The notes: generated from the letters alone by a model not told the origin. A DNA stretch of 64,000 bases from Pseudomonadota bacterium (GCA_022566015.1 JADFJT010000001.1:29143-93142); one strand, 5' to 3'; shown: positions 48,974-59,645, counted from the stretch's first letter. Translations and numbers: made by a program.

Positions 48974-49819
48974 ATGCACAATACTGGACAACGTTCAAGA
49001 TTCTTAATTACTGTCACCTGTTTTGGCCTGGCGTTCCTTTATATACCCATGGCTCTGCTGGTATTTTATTCGTTTAATTACTCCAAAATAGTCCCGGTGT
49101 GGGGCGGGTTTTCGACGCGCTGGTATACTAAGCTGTTCGAAAGCGAAGAGGTCTGGTCAGCGGTCATATTAAGCTTCAAAATTGCTACTGTCACCGCCTG
49201 CTTCGCGACCCTAATGGGAACCCTGGCTGGGCTGGCACTGGTACGTTTTGGACAATTTAAAGGTCGCACATTATTTACCGGCATGATTACAGCCCCGCTG
49301 GTAATGCCCGAAGTTATTACCGGATTATCGCTATTACTGCTGTTTATTACGCTCGGTGATTTGATAGGCTGGCCGGAGAGACGCGGGTTCACCACGATTA
49401 CCATCGCCCATATTACCTTTTCGATGGCCTACGTCGCGATTATCATACAGTCGCGTCTGGCAGGCATGGCCCAGGACCTGGAAGAAGCTGCCCAGGATCT
49501 GGGGGCAAAGCCGTTTCGAGTATTGATCGATATTACAGTACCCTTAATCGCGCCCGGTATGGTAGCGGGCTGGTTATTGTCTTTTACCCTGTCGCTCGAT
49601 GACCTGGTTATTGCCAGCTTCGTAACAGGGCCAGGAGCTGTCACGCTACCGATTCTGATTTATTCGCGGGTGCGTTTAGGCTTGCGCCCCGATATCAATG
49701 CATTGGCGACAATTTTTATCATCGTTGTCGCAACAGCTGCGTTTGTGGCCTGGTGGATTATGTTACGTCAACAAAAAAAGAGGGAGCTAGAAATGCAAAT
49801 GTCGAGTGAAGAGGGCTGA
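48974..49819 (+). CDS. potI: Polyamine ABC transporter permease
   Basis: 281-aa 6-TM permease. Confidence 0.8.
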   Translation: MHNTGQRSRFLITVTCFGLAFLYIPMALLVFYSFNYSKIVPVWGGFSTRWYTKLFESEEVWSAVILSFKIATVTACFATLMGTLAGLALVRFGQFKGRTLFTGMITAPLVMPEVITGLSLLLLFITLGDLIGWPERRGFTTITIAHITFSMAYVAIIIQSRLAGMAQDLEEAAQDLGAKPFRVLIDITVPLIAPGMVAGWLLSFTLSLDDLVIASFVTGPGAVTLPILIYSRVRLGLRPDINALATIFIIVVATAAFVAWWIMLRQQKKRELEMQMSSEEG

Positions 49820-50073
49820 CTAGCAATTTTTTTAAATTAACGCCAATGGGTTGTCACTAATATCGATGTGGCCCAACCACTGAAATATTACCGCTATTTC
49901 GGGGATGAATCGAAGCGGCGGCCCGGCGTTCTGAGAAGGTGCATGAAGTTATTAGCAGTGATTTGATCGCTTGCACCCGTAATAGCCTGGCAACAACTCA
50001 GTAGCTTCACTGTAATTCTCTACCGATATAGACTCTACAGGGAGGAAATTTTATCCCCTACGGGCAACGAAAT

Positions 50074-50997
50074 CTAACCTGGATCGCGCCGCAATGCCTG
50101 ACACATGCAATGCACCCCACCACCGCCCGGTGTGATCATCGCCACGTCCGGGTCGAATATCTCCAGGCCGTGCGCACGAGCCTTCTGTTTTAACACTTCG
50201 CTCTTTTCGGGCAACAGGATTCGATCGTTACCGAGAGCGACAACATTACAGCCGAGATCCAGGGTATCCTTGAAAGGCACCGAAATGATTTCGATTTGTT
50301 TCGATTTCAACCATCGCACCACCTCATCGTCGGTCGATTCGAGGCATACTGCCGCAAGCTTCGGTGCCAGCATCACCACCATCAAATCGATGTGGACGTA
50401 GAAAGGATCGAGGTCGATCAACTTTACTTCCCAACCCTCGGCTTCAAACCAGCTTTTTAACTGATTGGCCGATTGCAGCTGACTGCGCCCCTCGTCGCCT
50501 TCCCAGCCGATCAAAACCGTACCAGGTTCGATGACATTGAAATCACCACCTTCGAAGGTACCCGCGGTAACATAATCGTAAATCGGAATTCCGAGTCGCG
50601 CGTAGGTTTCGATAGCGCGGTAATTTTCGCCCCGGCGCCACCAGTTTGCCATGCTGGTAATGATCGCACCAAAAGGTGTCATTACCGACGAATCACGCGC
50701 AAAAATCTGATAAGGCAAAGCCGCGTCGGGTTCATGCTGGTGTACCTTCACGCCCGCAGACTGGTAAGCCGAAACCATTTCGGCATGCTGCTGCTTCGCC
50801 ACCTGTGCATCGAACGGGTAGTCACGGCGGATACTTTTTTTCGATACCGAACTGGTTTCAAGCCATCGGTAATGATCGGCCGGCCCAAGCAGGACATCCC
50901 GCAATACACCGTATTCAGAGTCGACACACCAATCATCCAGAATCGGCGTTCCACCACCTTCATGGCGGGTGCGTAAATTGAAAGCTGCATGCATCAA
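50074..50997 (-). CDS. Amidinotransferase/DDAH-superfamily (guanidino-group-modifying enzyme fold) protein
   Basis: C-terminal catalytic Cys in GGGGVHCMCQ; about 300 aa; the fold is shared with DDAH, arginine deiminase and amidinotransferases. Confidence 0.6.
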   Translation of the reverse strand: MMHAAFNLRTRHEGGGTPILDDWCVDSEYGVLRDVLLGPADHYRWLETSSVSKKSIRRDYPFDAQVAKQQHAEMVSAYQSAGVKVHQHEPDAALPYQIFARDSSVMTPFGAIITSMANWWRRGENYRAIETYARLGIPIYDYVTAGTFEGGDFNVIEPGTVLIGWEGDEGRSQLQSANQLKSWFEAEGWEVKLIDLDPFYVHIDLMVVMLAPKLAAVCLESTDDEVVRWLKSKQIEIISVPFKDTLDLGCNVVALGNDRILLPEKSEVLKQKARAHGLEIFDPDVAMITPGGGGVHCMCQALRRDPG

Positions 50998-51012
50998 TAC
51001 ACCGCATCATAT

Positions 51013-51020
51013 GTGATCAC
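51013..51020. promoter_or_regulatory. TGTGATCAC palindrome (copy 5)
   Basis: CATATGTGATCACTTTCG, 16 nt upstream of the DDAH-like start. Confidence 0.5.
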
Positions 51021-51125
51021 TTTCGAACGGGAAACGCTATCATGCTGACCGTTGACCTGTCAAACACATTGCCAAATATCCCCCAAGCGAAAGGCTTTCA
51101 GCGTCTGTTGACGCCAGAAGTTTTT

Positions 51126-51135
51126 GTGATCACAA
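51126..51135. promoter_or_regulatory. TGTGATCACA palindrome (copy 6)
   Basis: TTTTTGTGATCACAATAC in the divergent region upstream of the aminotransferase. Confidence 0.5.
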
Positions 51136-51442
51136 TACCGCTCAATTCGATCTGTTATAGCTCAACTGAATATCATAGACTTGTGGGTGACTATGCGGAT
51201 ATTACTAACGAGAATCGAGCGTGAAAGACTGGATAAAAAAACCTAAAATAGGTGATTTCGCGTGCATGATTTCCGATCTTGCGGGCGCGGCCCGAGGGAA
51301 AATTATTTCAGCCTCTAAGTTTACCCGCGGCGAAACCCTCAGGCTACCACAGTCAAAGAACTCGAATTTGACCATTTCATGAACACCATCAGCCCCTGGG
51401 AAAGGGAATACCTACTGTTAAAAGTTTAACTGGAAAATTATT

Positions 51443-52834
51443 ATGACTCAGCAATTCACAGCGGTGGCTCATGCCAATACCGAGAAATGGCAACAACTCG
51501 ACGCCGCCCACCACCTGCACCCATTCACCAACCCTAAAGATCTTAAAAATAAAGCCGCGCGTATTATTGAATCAGCGCAGGGCATTTATCTGACCGATTC
51601 GGATGGTAACGAATATCTTGATGCAATGGCAGGTTTGTGGTGCGTAAATATGGGCTATGGCCGCCAGGAAATAATCGATGCCGTATCAGCGCAAATCCAG
51701 CAATTACCTTATTACAATGCCTTCTTTAAGACTTCCCATCCACCCGCCGCCGAGCTCAGTGCCTTGTTAGCTGAAATAACACCCAGCCACATGAATCACA
51801 CCTTTTTCACCAGCTCCGGTTCCGAAGCGATTGACACCGCGATCCGCATGATATGGCGCTACTGGGATATTCTGGAAAAACCCGAAAAACGCATTATTAT
51901 CAGCCGTAAAAACGCTTACCACGGCAGCACAATCGCGGCTTCGAGTCTCGGCGGCATGGAAGACATGCACAAACAGGGCGGGATTATTCCAAATATCGTT
52001 CACGTCGAGCAACCTTACTGGTTTGGCAAGCGCTGTGAAACTGGCGCCGACCTCGACGCGCAGGAATTCGGCCGTGAAGTCGCTCAGTCGATAGCCGATA
52101 AGATCGAAGAGCTCGGAGAAAATTGCGTTGCCGCATTCATCGCCGAACCAATCCAGGGGGCCGGAGGCGTCATCATACCCCCTGACTCTTACTGGACCGA
52201 AGTGAAGAAAATCTGTGCCCAGTACGAAATCCTGTTCGTTGTCGACGAGGTAATCTGCGGCTTCGGGCGCACGGGTCACTGGTTTGGTAGCGATTTATAT
52301 GACCTGAAACCCGACCTGATGCCGATAGCAAAGGGCTTGTCTTCCGGTTATTTGCCGATCGGTGGCGTCATGGTGTCGGACCGGATAGCCGATGTGCTAA
52401 TCAACCAGGGCGGCGAATTCAACCACGGTTATACCTATTCAGGACACCCCGTTTGTGCGGCAGCGGCGATCGCCAACATCAAACTGATGCAAGCCGAAAA
52501 TATTGTCGAAACGGTGCGCGAAACTACCGCACCCTATCTGCAGAAACGTTTACGAGAACTGAGTGACCACGCTTTGGTTGGCGAAGTTCGCGGTCTTGGT
52601 ATGCTGGGTGCAATCGAACTGGTCAAGGATAAGGATAATTATATTAAATTCGACAAAAAACGGGGTGTTGGCGCCATTTGTCGCAACCATTGTTTCGAAA
52701 ACAAACTGGTAATGCGTGCTGTTGGCGATACGATGATTCTGTCTCCGCCGCTGATCATACAAAAATCAGACATCGACACCTTTATCGAACGCGCCCGAAA
52801 AAGCCTCGACATGACGCAACAAACACTGGCCTGA
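51443..52834 (+). CDS. Class III aminotransferase (putrescine/omega-amino acid-pyruvate aminotransferase-like, SpuC-like)
   Basis: 463 aa; DEVICGFGRTG and PLP-lysine region; similar to the aminotransferase at 43136-44563. Confidence 0.8.
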   Translation: MTQQFTAVAHANTEKWQQLDAAHHLHPFTNPKDLKNKAARIIESAQGIYLTDSDGNEYLDAMAGLWCVNMGYGRQEIIDAVSAQIQQLPYYNAFFKTSHPPAAELSALLAEITPSHMNHTFFTSSGSEAIDTAIRMIWRYWDILEKPEKRIIISRKNAYHGSTIAASSLGGMEDMHKQGGIIPNIVHVEQPYWFGKRCETGADLDAQEFGREVAQSIADKIEELGENCVAAFIAEPIQGAGGVIIPPDSYWTEVKKICAQYEILFVVDEVICGFGRTGHWFGSDLYDLKPDLMPIAKGLSSGYLPIGGVMVSDRIADVLINQGGEFNHGYTYSGHPVCAAAAIANIKLMQAENIVETVRETTAPYLQKRLRELSDHALVGEVRGLGMLGAIELVKDKDNYIKFDKKRGVGAICRNHCFENKLVMRAVGDTMILSPPLIIQKSDIDTFIERARKSLDMTQQTLA

Positions 52835-52840
52835 GCTCAA

Positions 52841-54151
52841 ATGGTATTTAGACTCACTCAGGATCGAAGCGATACTAACGATTACCCCAAATCTTATTAC
52901 CACGCGAGCAAGAATCGAGATCTGAAATTATCGCCGCTCGACGGATCCTGTCGTGCCGACGTATGCATCATCGGTGGTGGCTATACCGGCTTGTCCTGTG
53001 CATTGCATTTGGCAAAACGCGGCTATCAGGTGGTTTTACTCGAAGCCCGCAAGATTGGCTGGGGAGCCTCGGGTCGTAACGGGGGACAACTGGGCAGTGG
53101 ACAACGCAAGAATCAATTCGAACTCGAAAAGAAGTTGGGCATGGATGATGCGCAACGTCTGTGGAATCTCGCGCAGGATGCCAAGGCACTGGCTCGAGAA
53201 TTGATCAGGGATTATAAGATCGAGTGTGACCTGAAGTCTGGTGTGGCACACCCCGACCATAAACCGGCCTACGCGAGCAATACCCGGAATTATGTGGGGC
53301 ACCTGCAAAGAATTTACCAATACGAACAGATCGAGTATCTCGAACGCGACCAGATGGCTGCCCTGGTTGGCAGCGATAATTATTACGGGGGCAGCATCGA
53401 CTACGGTGCCGGACACCTGCATCCACTCAACTACGCGTTGGGCATGGCTGCGGCGGCGATACAACAGGGCGCAACGCTGTATGAGGATACTGTCGTAGAA
53501 AGCTACCAGGAGGGCAAGCCCAATCGAGCAGTCACTAACTGTGGCACCGTAGTAGCTGATGCTATCGTAATCGCCTGTAACGGATATCTGGGCCGGCTGG
53601 ATAAACGCCTGCCGGGCAAAATCATGCCGATCAATAATTTTATTATTGCGACCGAGCCGTTAAGCGATGAACGCGTCAACGAAATCAATCCAAAAGACGT
53701 GGCGATTGCCGATTCGCGTTTCGTAGTTAATTATTTCCGCCTGTCCGCCGACAAGCGATTACTCTTTGGCGGGGGTGAAAACTACGGTCGAATATTCCCG
53801 CAGGATATCGAGTCTTTCGTACGCAAGCCGATGCTCGAAATATACCCGCAGCTGGCCGATATCCCGATCGAATACGCCTGGGGTGGCACGCTTGCGGTCA
53901 CGCTCAACCGCATGCCGCATTTCGGGCGCCTGGGAAAATTCAACACCTATTTTGCACAGGGCTATTCTGGCCACGGTGTCGCGCTGGCGACTCTGGGCGG
54001 CAAATTAATTGCCGACGCGATAGCCGGCGAAGCTGAAAACTTCGACCTGTTTGGCAAGATACCCACCCACCCATTTCCCGGAGGCTCGTGGCTACGCTGG
54101 CCCGCGTTGGTGTTGGGGATGAGCTATTACGCCCTACGTGATCGGATGTAG
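52841..54151 (+). CDS. FAD-dependent oxidoreductase (gamma-glutamylputrescine oxidase PuuB-like, DAO family)
   Basis: N-terminal GGGYTGLSCALHLAKRG dinucleotide-binding motif. Confidence 0.75.
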   Translation: MVFRLTQDRSDTNDYPKSYYHASKNRDLKLSPLDGSCRADVCIIGGGYTGLSCALHLAKRGYQVVLLEARKIGWGASGRNGGQLGSGQRKNQFELEKKLGMDDAQRLWNLAQDAKALARELIRDYKIECDLKSGVAHPDHKPAYASNTRNYVGHLQRIYQYEQIEYLERDQMAALVGSDNYYGGSIDYGAGHLHPLNYALGMAAAAIQQGATLYEDTVVESYQEGKPNRAVTNCGTVVADAIVIACNGYLGRLDKRLPGKIMPINNFIIATEPLSDERVNEINPKDVAIADSRFVVNYFRLSADKRLLFGGGENYGRIFPQDIESFVRKPMLEIYPQLADIPIEYAWGGTLAVTLNRMPHFGRLGKFNTYFAQGYSGHGVALATLGGKLIADAIAGEAENFDLFGKIPTHPFPGGSWLRWPALVLGMSYYALRDRM

Positions 54152-54284
54152 CTAGATTTTTCTAACCATTTTTTAAATCAGGGCGAATTGATTTAGATCG
54201 TTACAGACAATCGAGTATAGATCGATGCTTGAGCAACCGAATAACTAGTATAGAATTCACTCTATAATAACTGCGAGGTTAAAC

Positions 54285-54815
54285 ATGAAAACGACGTTAT
54301 TTTTTATCGCTATATTCGCTCCCCTTCTTCTAACCCCTGCTAATGCGGGTCAAGATGCTGATTCAAGTCAACTATTAGAGCGCATACAGGCCATGGAAGA
54401 ACGCATCGCTGTGTTGGAGTCACGTTTTACATTCACCTCTTTTATGCCTGATTTCGCAGAACGTTTTCACGTCATGCATCGAGCTGCCGAATCTAATGAC
54501 TGGGCGGTCGCTTCACACGAATTGCAGGAAATGAAGAATATGATCAATTCATCGACCACTATCGATGAAAGCAAAGGACTTTTATTTCAGGCCATGATGG
54601 GGCCGGTAATGACTAAGATGGAGGGTGCTATCGGCCATGGAGACAAGGATAAGATGCACGCACTGCTTCGCGAAGCAGTACAGACTTGCAATAGTTGTCA
54701 TGTCGCGACAGGCAGCCCTTTCATCAAAGTGACATTGGATGCAAGCGAAGCGCTGAGTATGCGTCATCCTCATGAATTCACCGCGCAGAAAACAGATAAA
54801 ATGCATAAGCACTGA
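54285..54815 (+). CDS. Secreted putative mono-heme c-type cytochrome (CxxCH near C-terminus)
   Basis: Signal peptide, helical region, single CNSCH motif about 40 aa from the C-terminus. Confidence 0.45.
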   Translation: MKTTLFFIAIFAPLLLTPANAGQDADSSQLLERIQAMEERIAVLESRFTFTSFMPDFAERFHVMHRAAESNDWAVASHELQEMKNMINSSTTIDESKGLLFQAMMGPVMTKMEGAIGHGDKDKMHALLREAVQTCNSCHVATGSPFIKVTLDASEALSMRHPHEFTAQKTDKMHKH

Positions 54816-54832
54816 AAATGAAAGGACGATTT

Positions 54833-55102
54833 TCAGTTAACGCTTTTCATCGTCAACATTTGTTCGATCAGCAGATCATCCTGTAATTGCAGGTGATAGC
54901 CTTGCGCTTTGAGGTTGGATAGCACTTCCTTTGTATTTTCCTTGGCGAGTTTTTTATTGGCTCGCAGGTCGAAGCTAAAACTGAATTCCGGCTCACCAAA
55001 GATACCCATCAACGCGTCCGGAACTTCGGAAAAATCATCCTTGTTGACCAGGTACAAAAAGGTATCGGGCTTTCGGTTGCTACGATAAATATGACAGAAC
55101 AT
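54833..55102 (-). CDS. ycgL: YcgL-domain protein
   Basis: 89 aa; MFCHIYRS...LYLV N-terminus typical of the YcgL family. Confidence 0.65.
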   Translation of the reverse strand: MFCHIYRSNRKPDTFLYLVNKDDFSEVPDALMGIFGEPEFSFSFDLRANKKLAKENTKEVLSNLKAQGYHLQLQDDLLIEQMLTMKSVN

Positions 55103-55191
55103 ATCGCTAGTCCAGTATGAAAAAAGAGAGGCCTTCGCAGGCCCCCCCTGATCATATCAAATCGTTTCGCCGGTGGAAACGAGCAGACATG

Positions 55192-56460
55192 CTACTTACT
55201 GGTAAACTCCGGATAAGCCTCGACACCGCATTCCGAGATATCCACTCCGGCATATTCTTCTTCTTCGCTGACCCGGATGCCCATAACGAGTTTGATTACA
55301 AACCACACCAGCAGGCTCGCACCAAACACCCAGGCGAATATAGTCAAAGCTCCGACAAACTGGCCCAGAAAGGTGGTCCCCTCATTGGTCAAAGGCACCG
55401 CGAGCAAGCCCCATAAACCAACCACTCCGTGTACAGAAATCGCACCTACCGGGTCGTCGATTTTGAGCTTGTCGAGCATGATAATAGAATAAACTACGAT
55501 CACACCACCGATGGCCCCGATACTAGTCGCAGCCAGCACAGAAGGCGTTAAGGGTTCCGCGGTAATCGCCACCAGACCGGCCAACGCGCCGTTCAGTATC
55601 ATGGTCAGGTCAGCCCTGCCAAACATGATACGCGCAATCAATAATGCCGCGATCACGCCACCTGCCGCTGCCGCATTGGTATTGACAAATACCACCGCCA
55701 CAGCATTGGCGCTTGCGATATCGCCCAGTTTCAACACCGAGCCGCCATTGAATCCGAACCAGCCCATCCACAGGATGAATGTTCCCAGCGTAGCAAGTGG
55801 TAAATTGGCACCCGGGATCGCATTGATCTGACCCTGTTTACCGTATTTTCCCTTGCGTGCGCCGAGCAGTAGTACCCCGGCCAGGGCCGCAGCGGCACCG
55901 GCCATGTGGACAATTCCCGAACCAGCAAAATCGGAGAAACCAAAATCATCGGCCAGGCTATACAGACCAAAAACGCTTTGCCCGCCCCAGGTCCATGCAC
56001 CTTCTACCGGATAGATGACACCCGTCATGACCACCGCAAATAACAGGAATGCCCAAAGTTTCATACGCTCGGCAACCGCCCCCGAGACAATCGACATGGC
56101 GGTGGCAACGAAGACCACCTGGAAAAAGAAATCCGAAGCCGATGAGTAAACTGCGCCGCCTTCGAAACCCTCTTCAGCGGAGAGCGCGAGCGCATCGGCA
56201 ACCAGTGAATCATCGCCAGCGATACCCGCCAGCAGTGCACCACCGTCGTACATAATCTGATAGCCGTAAACCATGTACATAATACAGGCCACTGCATACA
56301 GCAGAATGTTCTTGGTGAGTATTTCAGTAGTGTTTTTAGAGCGCACCAGGCCGGCTTCGAGCATCGAAAAGCCCGCAGCCATCCACATTACCAGCGCACC
56401 ACAAACCAAAAAGTAAAAAGTGTCTATTGCATACTGTAATTGAAAGATTTGATTTTCCAC
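55192..56460 (-). CDS. amtB: Ammonium transporter
   Basis: 422 aa, 11-12 TM helices, Amt signature regions; paired with glnK. Confidence 0.9.
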   Translation of the reverse strand: MENQIFQLQYAIDTFYFLVCGALVMWMAAGFSMLEAGLVRSKNTTEILTKNILLYAVACIMYMVYGYQIMYDGGALLAGIAGDDSLVADALALSAEEGFEGGAVYSSASDFFFQVVFVATAMSIVSGAVAERMKLWAFLLFAVVMTGVIYPVEGAWTWGGQSVFGLYSLADDFGFSDFAGSGIVHMAGAAAALAGVLLLGARKGKYGKQGQINAIPGANLPLATLGTFILWMGWFGFNGGSVLKLGDIASANAVAVVFVNTNAAAAGGVIAALLIARIMFGRADLTMILNGALAGLVAITAEPLTPSVLAATSIGAIGGVIVVYSIIMLDKLKIDDPVGAISVHGVVGLWGLLAVPLTNEGTTFLGQFVGALTIFAWVFGASLLVWFVIKLVMGIRVSEEEEYAGVDISECGVEAYPEFTSK

Positions 56461-56471
56461 GGTAGGTCCTC

Positions 56472-56879
<408 letters not shown>

Positions 56880-57009
56880 TTATTTCAACGACTTATTAAT
56901 GGAGCTAGGCAGACAAACGAAAAATAGCTACACTAGGGCAGAAAATAACGCCGTTTCGCACCATTATGGGGCTAAACGAATGAATTAACGCACCATAATG
57001 AGGCGAACC

Positions 57010-57258
57010 ATGTTCGACAATCAATCGATCAATCGTCTGTCCGAAAAGATCAACCAGTTACTACCGCCTGGTTTACGACAGGTAAAAAGTGATTTTGACG
57101 CTCGCTTAAAGACATTGTTGCAGCAGCAGTTATCCGCACTCGAACTGGTGAGCCGCGAGGAATTCGATATTCAGGCTCGTGTACTGCAGCGAACACGTGC
57201 TAAACTCGAAGACTTGGAACAGAAATTGAAAAATCTGGAAGATAAGCTGGGAAGCTAA
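57010..57258 (+). CDS. ubiK: Ubiquinone biosynthesis accessory factor UbiK (YqiC family)
   Basis: Coiled-coil protein with LVSREEFDIQARVLQRTRAKLEDLEQKL, closely matching E. coli YqiC. Confidence 0.75.
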   Translation: MFDNQSINRLSEKINQLLPPGLRQVKSDFDARLKTLLQQQLSALELVSREEFDIQARVLQRTRAKLEDLEQKLKNLEDKLGS

Positions 57259-57286
57259 CAACCCAACAAGACGAGGAAGGGAATCC

Positions 57287-58804
57287 ATGTCACTCACTCA
57301 ATTAACCACCCGCGCACAAGAGGGCATTCACGCCCCTGAAGTAAAAGTTGAAGTCCATATATCGAATGGTTTACCCGCGTTTACCGTAGTCGGTCTACCC
57401 GAGGCAGCGGTGCGCGAAGCTCGAGACCGGGTGCGTTCCGCGATCATCAATTCGGGTTTTCAATTTCCGATGCGCAGGATTACGGTCAACCTGGCACCGG
57501 CTAACTTACCCAAACAAGGCGGACGTTACGATCTTTCAATTGCGCTCGGCATACTGGCAGCCTCGGATCAAATCGACGCCTCATCGTTGGCCCACTACGA
57601 TTGTTATGGAGAACTTGCACTAAGCGGTGAGTGTCGTGCGGTCGATGGCCTTTTACCCGCGCTGATCGCAAGTAAGCAGGCACAAAAACAGGCTATTATC
57701 CCGCTGAATAACCAGCAGGAGGCAAGACTGGTGAGAGACATGCCAATTTTCACCAGCCGCTCACTGCTAGACGTTTGCATCAGTCTCAACGGCGGTACTG
57801 GCCTACCATTACTCGACTCATCTGCAGACCAAACACGGCTCAATTTTGAACTCGATTTATCCGAAGTATACGGCCAGCACCGGGCCAAACGCGCACTCGA
57901 AATCGCTGCAAGCGGCGGACACCACATGCTGATGACGGGCCCGCCTGGCACCGGAAAATCCATGCTGGCGCAACGTCTTAATACGATCTTACCACCGCTG
58001 TCAGAATCCGAAGCCTTGAGTAGTGCGAGCATTCGTTCGATTGGCCATAAGCCAGTGAATAGCCACAACTGGTTACAGCGGCCTTTCCAGTCGCCGCACC
58101 ATACTGTCTCCGGGATTGCCCTGGTTGGTGGGGGCAGTATTCCAAAGCCAGGAGAGATATCGCTTGCCCACAACGGCGTACTGTTCCTCGATGAGCTAAC
58201 CGAGTTCGACCGTAAATCAATCGAAGTACTGCGTGAACCCCTGGAAACGGGCAAAATTCACATATCACGGGCTTCGCGACAGGCCGAGTTTCCGGCCGAA
58301 TTTCAATTAATAGCTGCGATGAATCCCTGCCCTGGAGGCTGCGAATCGATACAGACCTGCACCTGTAGCCATGAACAGTTAAACCGATACCGTAACAAAC
58401 TGTCGTCGCCATTTCTGGATCGAATTGACATCCAGATCGAATTACCCCGCCTGGAGCATAGCGAATTGCTCGGACACCGCGATACGCCCCAGGAGACCAG
58501 CGATCAGGTCAGAGCACGGGTTATCGCCGCGAGAAGCCGTCAAATGAAGCGACAGAAATGCCTGAACGCACGCCTCAACAATCACCAGATTGAGCAGCAT
58601 TGCCGGCTCGACGAAGCGACTGAAAGTTTGCTGATGACCTCTATGGACAAGCTCAGGCTCACCGCAAGGAGTTATCATAAGCTATTGAAACTGGGGCGCA
58701 CCCTGGCTGATATGGTCGATGAAATTGACATCCAGCATGCGCATATAGCGGAAGCTATAACCTATCGCCAACACGACCGGCGCGTCGGCACGGTATACCA
58801 GTAA
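57287..58804 (+). CDS. comM: YifB/ComM-family Mg-chelatase-like AAA+ ATPase
   Basis: 505 aa; Lon-like N-domain, Walker A GPPGTGKS, Walker B LFLDEL, and a C-terminal Mg-chelatase-subunit domain. Confidence 0.88.
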   Translation: MSLTQLTTRAQEGIHAPEVKVEVHISNGLPAFTVVGLPEAAVREARDRVRSAIINSGFQFPMRRITVNLAPANLPKQGGRYDLSIALGILAASDQIDASSLAHYDCYGELALSGECRAVDGLLPALIASKQAQKQAIIPLNNQQEARLVRDMPIFTSRSLLDVCISLNGGTGLPLLDSSADQTRLNFELDLSEVYGQHRAKRALEIAASGGHHMLMTGPPGTGKSMLAQRLNTILPPLSESEALSSASIRSIGHKPVNSHNWLQRPFQSPHHTVSGIALVGGGSIPKPGEISLAHNGVLFLDELTEFDRKSIEVLREPLETGKIHISRASRQAEFPAEFQLIAAMNPCPGGCESIQTCTCSHEQLNRYRNKLSSPFLDRIDIQIELPRLEHSELLGHRDTPQETSDQVRARVIAARSRQMKRQKCLNARLNNHQIEQHCRLDEATESLLMTSMDKLRLTARSYHKLLKLGRTLADMVDEIDIQHAHIAEAITYRQHDRRVGTVYQ

Positions 58805-59001
58805 AAAGTTACCGGAACTTAAGACCCCCGAGCCGGGATGACTGCAATGGAGGGTGGCAATGCAAAAGGGCTGTCGAGAATAACCCTTGAGCTATAGCAA
58901 TTACTACACCTGTAACCTATTCCCGCTGACGCGCGAACGCCCAGTCTCAGGATAGTACCTTTCGATACAGGCCGCTTTGTCAATTGATGGGACTATCCGG
59001 A

Positions 59002-59478
59002 TTAAAGACTCGATTCACCTAGAATATATTCGATCACACTACGAATTTGATCTTCAGAATAGGTCGATCCGCCATTGGGGGGCATCGCACCCTTACCGTT
59101 TATCGCCGAAGTGACCAGGGAATCAATGCCATTGGCCAGGCGGCTTTGCCACGCAACACTGTCACCAACTATTGGTGCGTCGGCAATTCCAGAAGCATGG
59201 CACGCCTGACAGGCACCCTGGTATAGCTGTTTTGGGGACATCGCGGCCATATCACTCGATCCCGAACCGGCATTAGCCCGAATATGATCGAGTGTCACCA
59301 CCGGCTTAAGGCGCATGGCGATATCTTCCATCGTCCCTGGCCCCTTACTGTCAATGGACATGCCGTCATTTACCTGTCGAGGGAAAACGACCTCACCCAA
59401 TATCAGGGCGATTAGCAGTAACCCACCTAGTAGGGACAGATTCTGCGGTGAAAAAGTATTATGCTGCTCGGAACTCAC
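59002..59478 (-). CDS. Membrane-anchored c-type cytochrome (cytochrome c5-like)
   Basis: N-terminal TM anchor, single CQACH heme motif, and a downstream Met-rich region. Confidence 0.7.
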   Translation of the reverse strand: MSSEQHNTFSPQNLSLLGGLLLIALILGEVVFPRQVNDGMSIDSKGPGTMEDIAMRLKPVVTLDHIRANAGSGSSDMAAMSPKQLYQGACQACHASGIADAPIVGDSVAWQSRLANGIDSLVTSAINGKGAMPPNGGSTYSEDQIRSVIEYILGESSL

Positions 59479-59645
59479 TGATTAATCTCCACAAGCTTTG
59501 CCTGGTCAAAATATAATGGCCAGAAAAAAGTGGTCGAATTATCCTCGAAAACGCACTTTATCGCAAAATAATTATTGCACCGTGTCAATTTAACATCCAA
59601 ATCTAATGTTCTCGCACTGCGGACTTATCTATTCGACCTGGCCGA

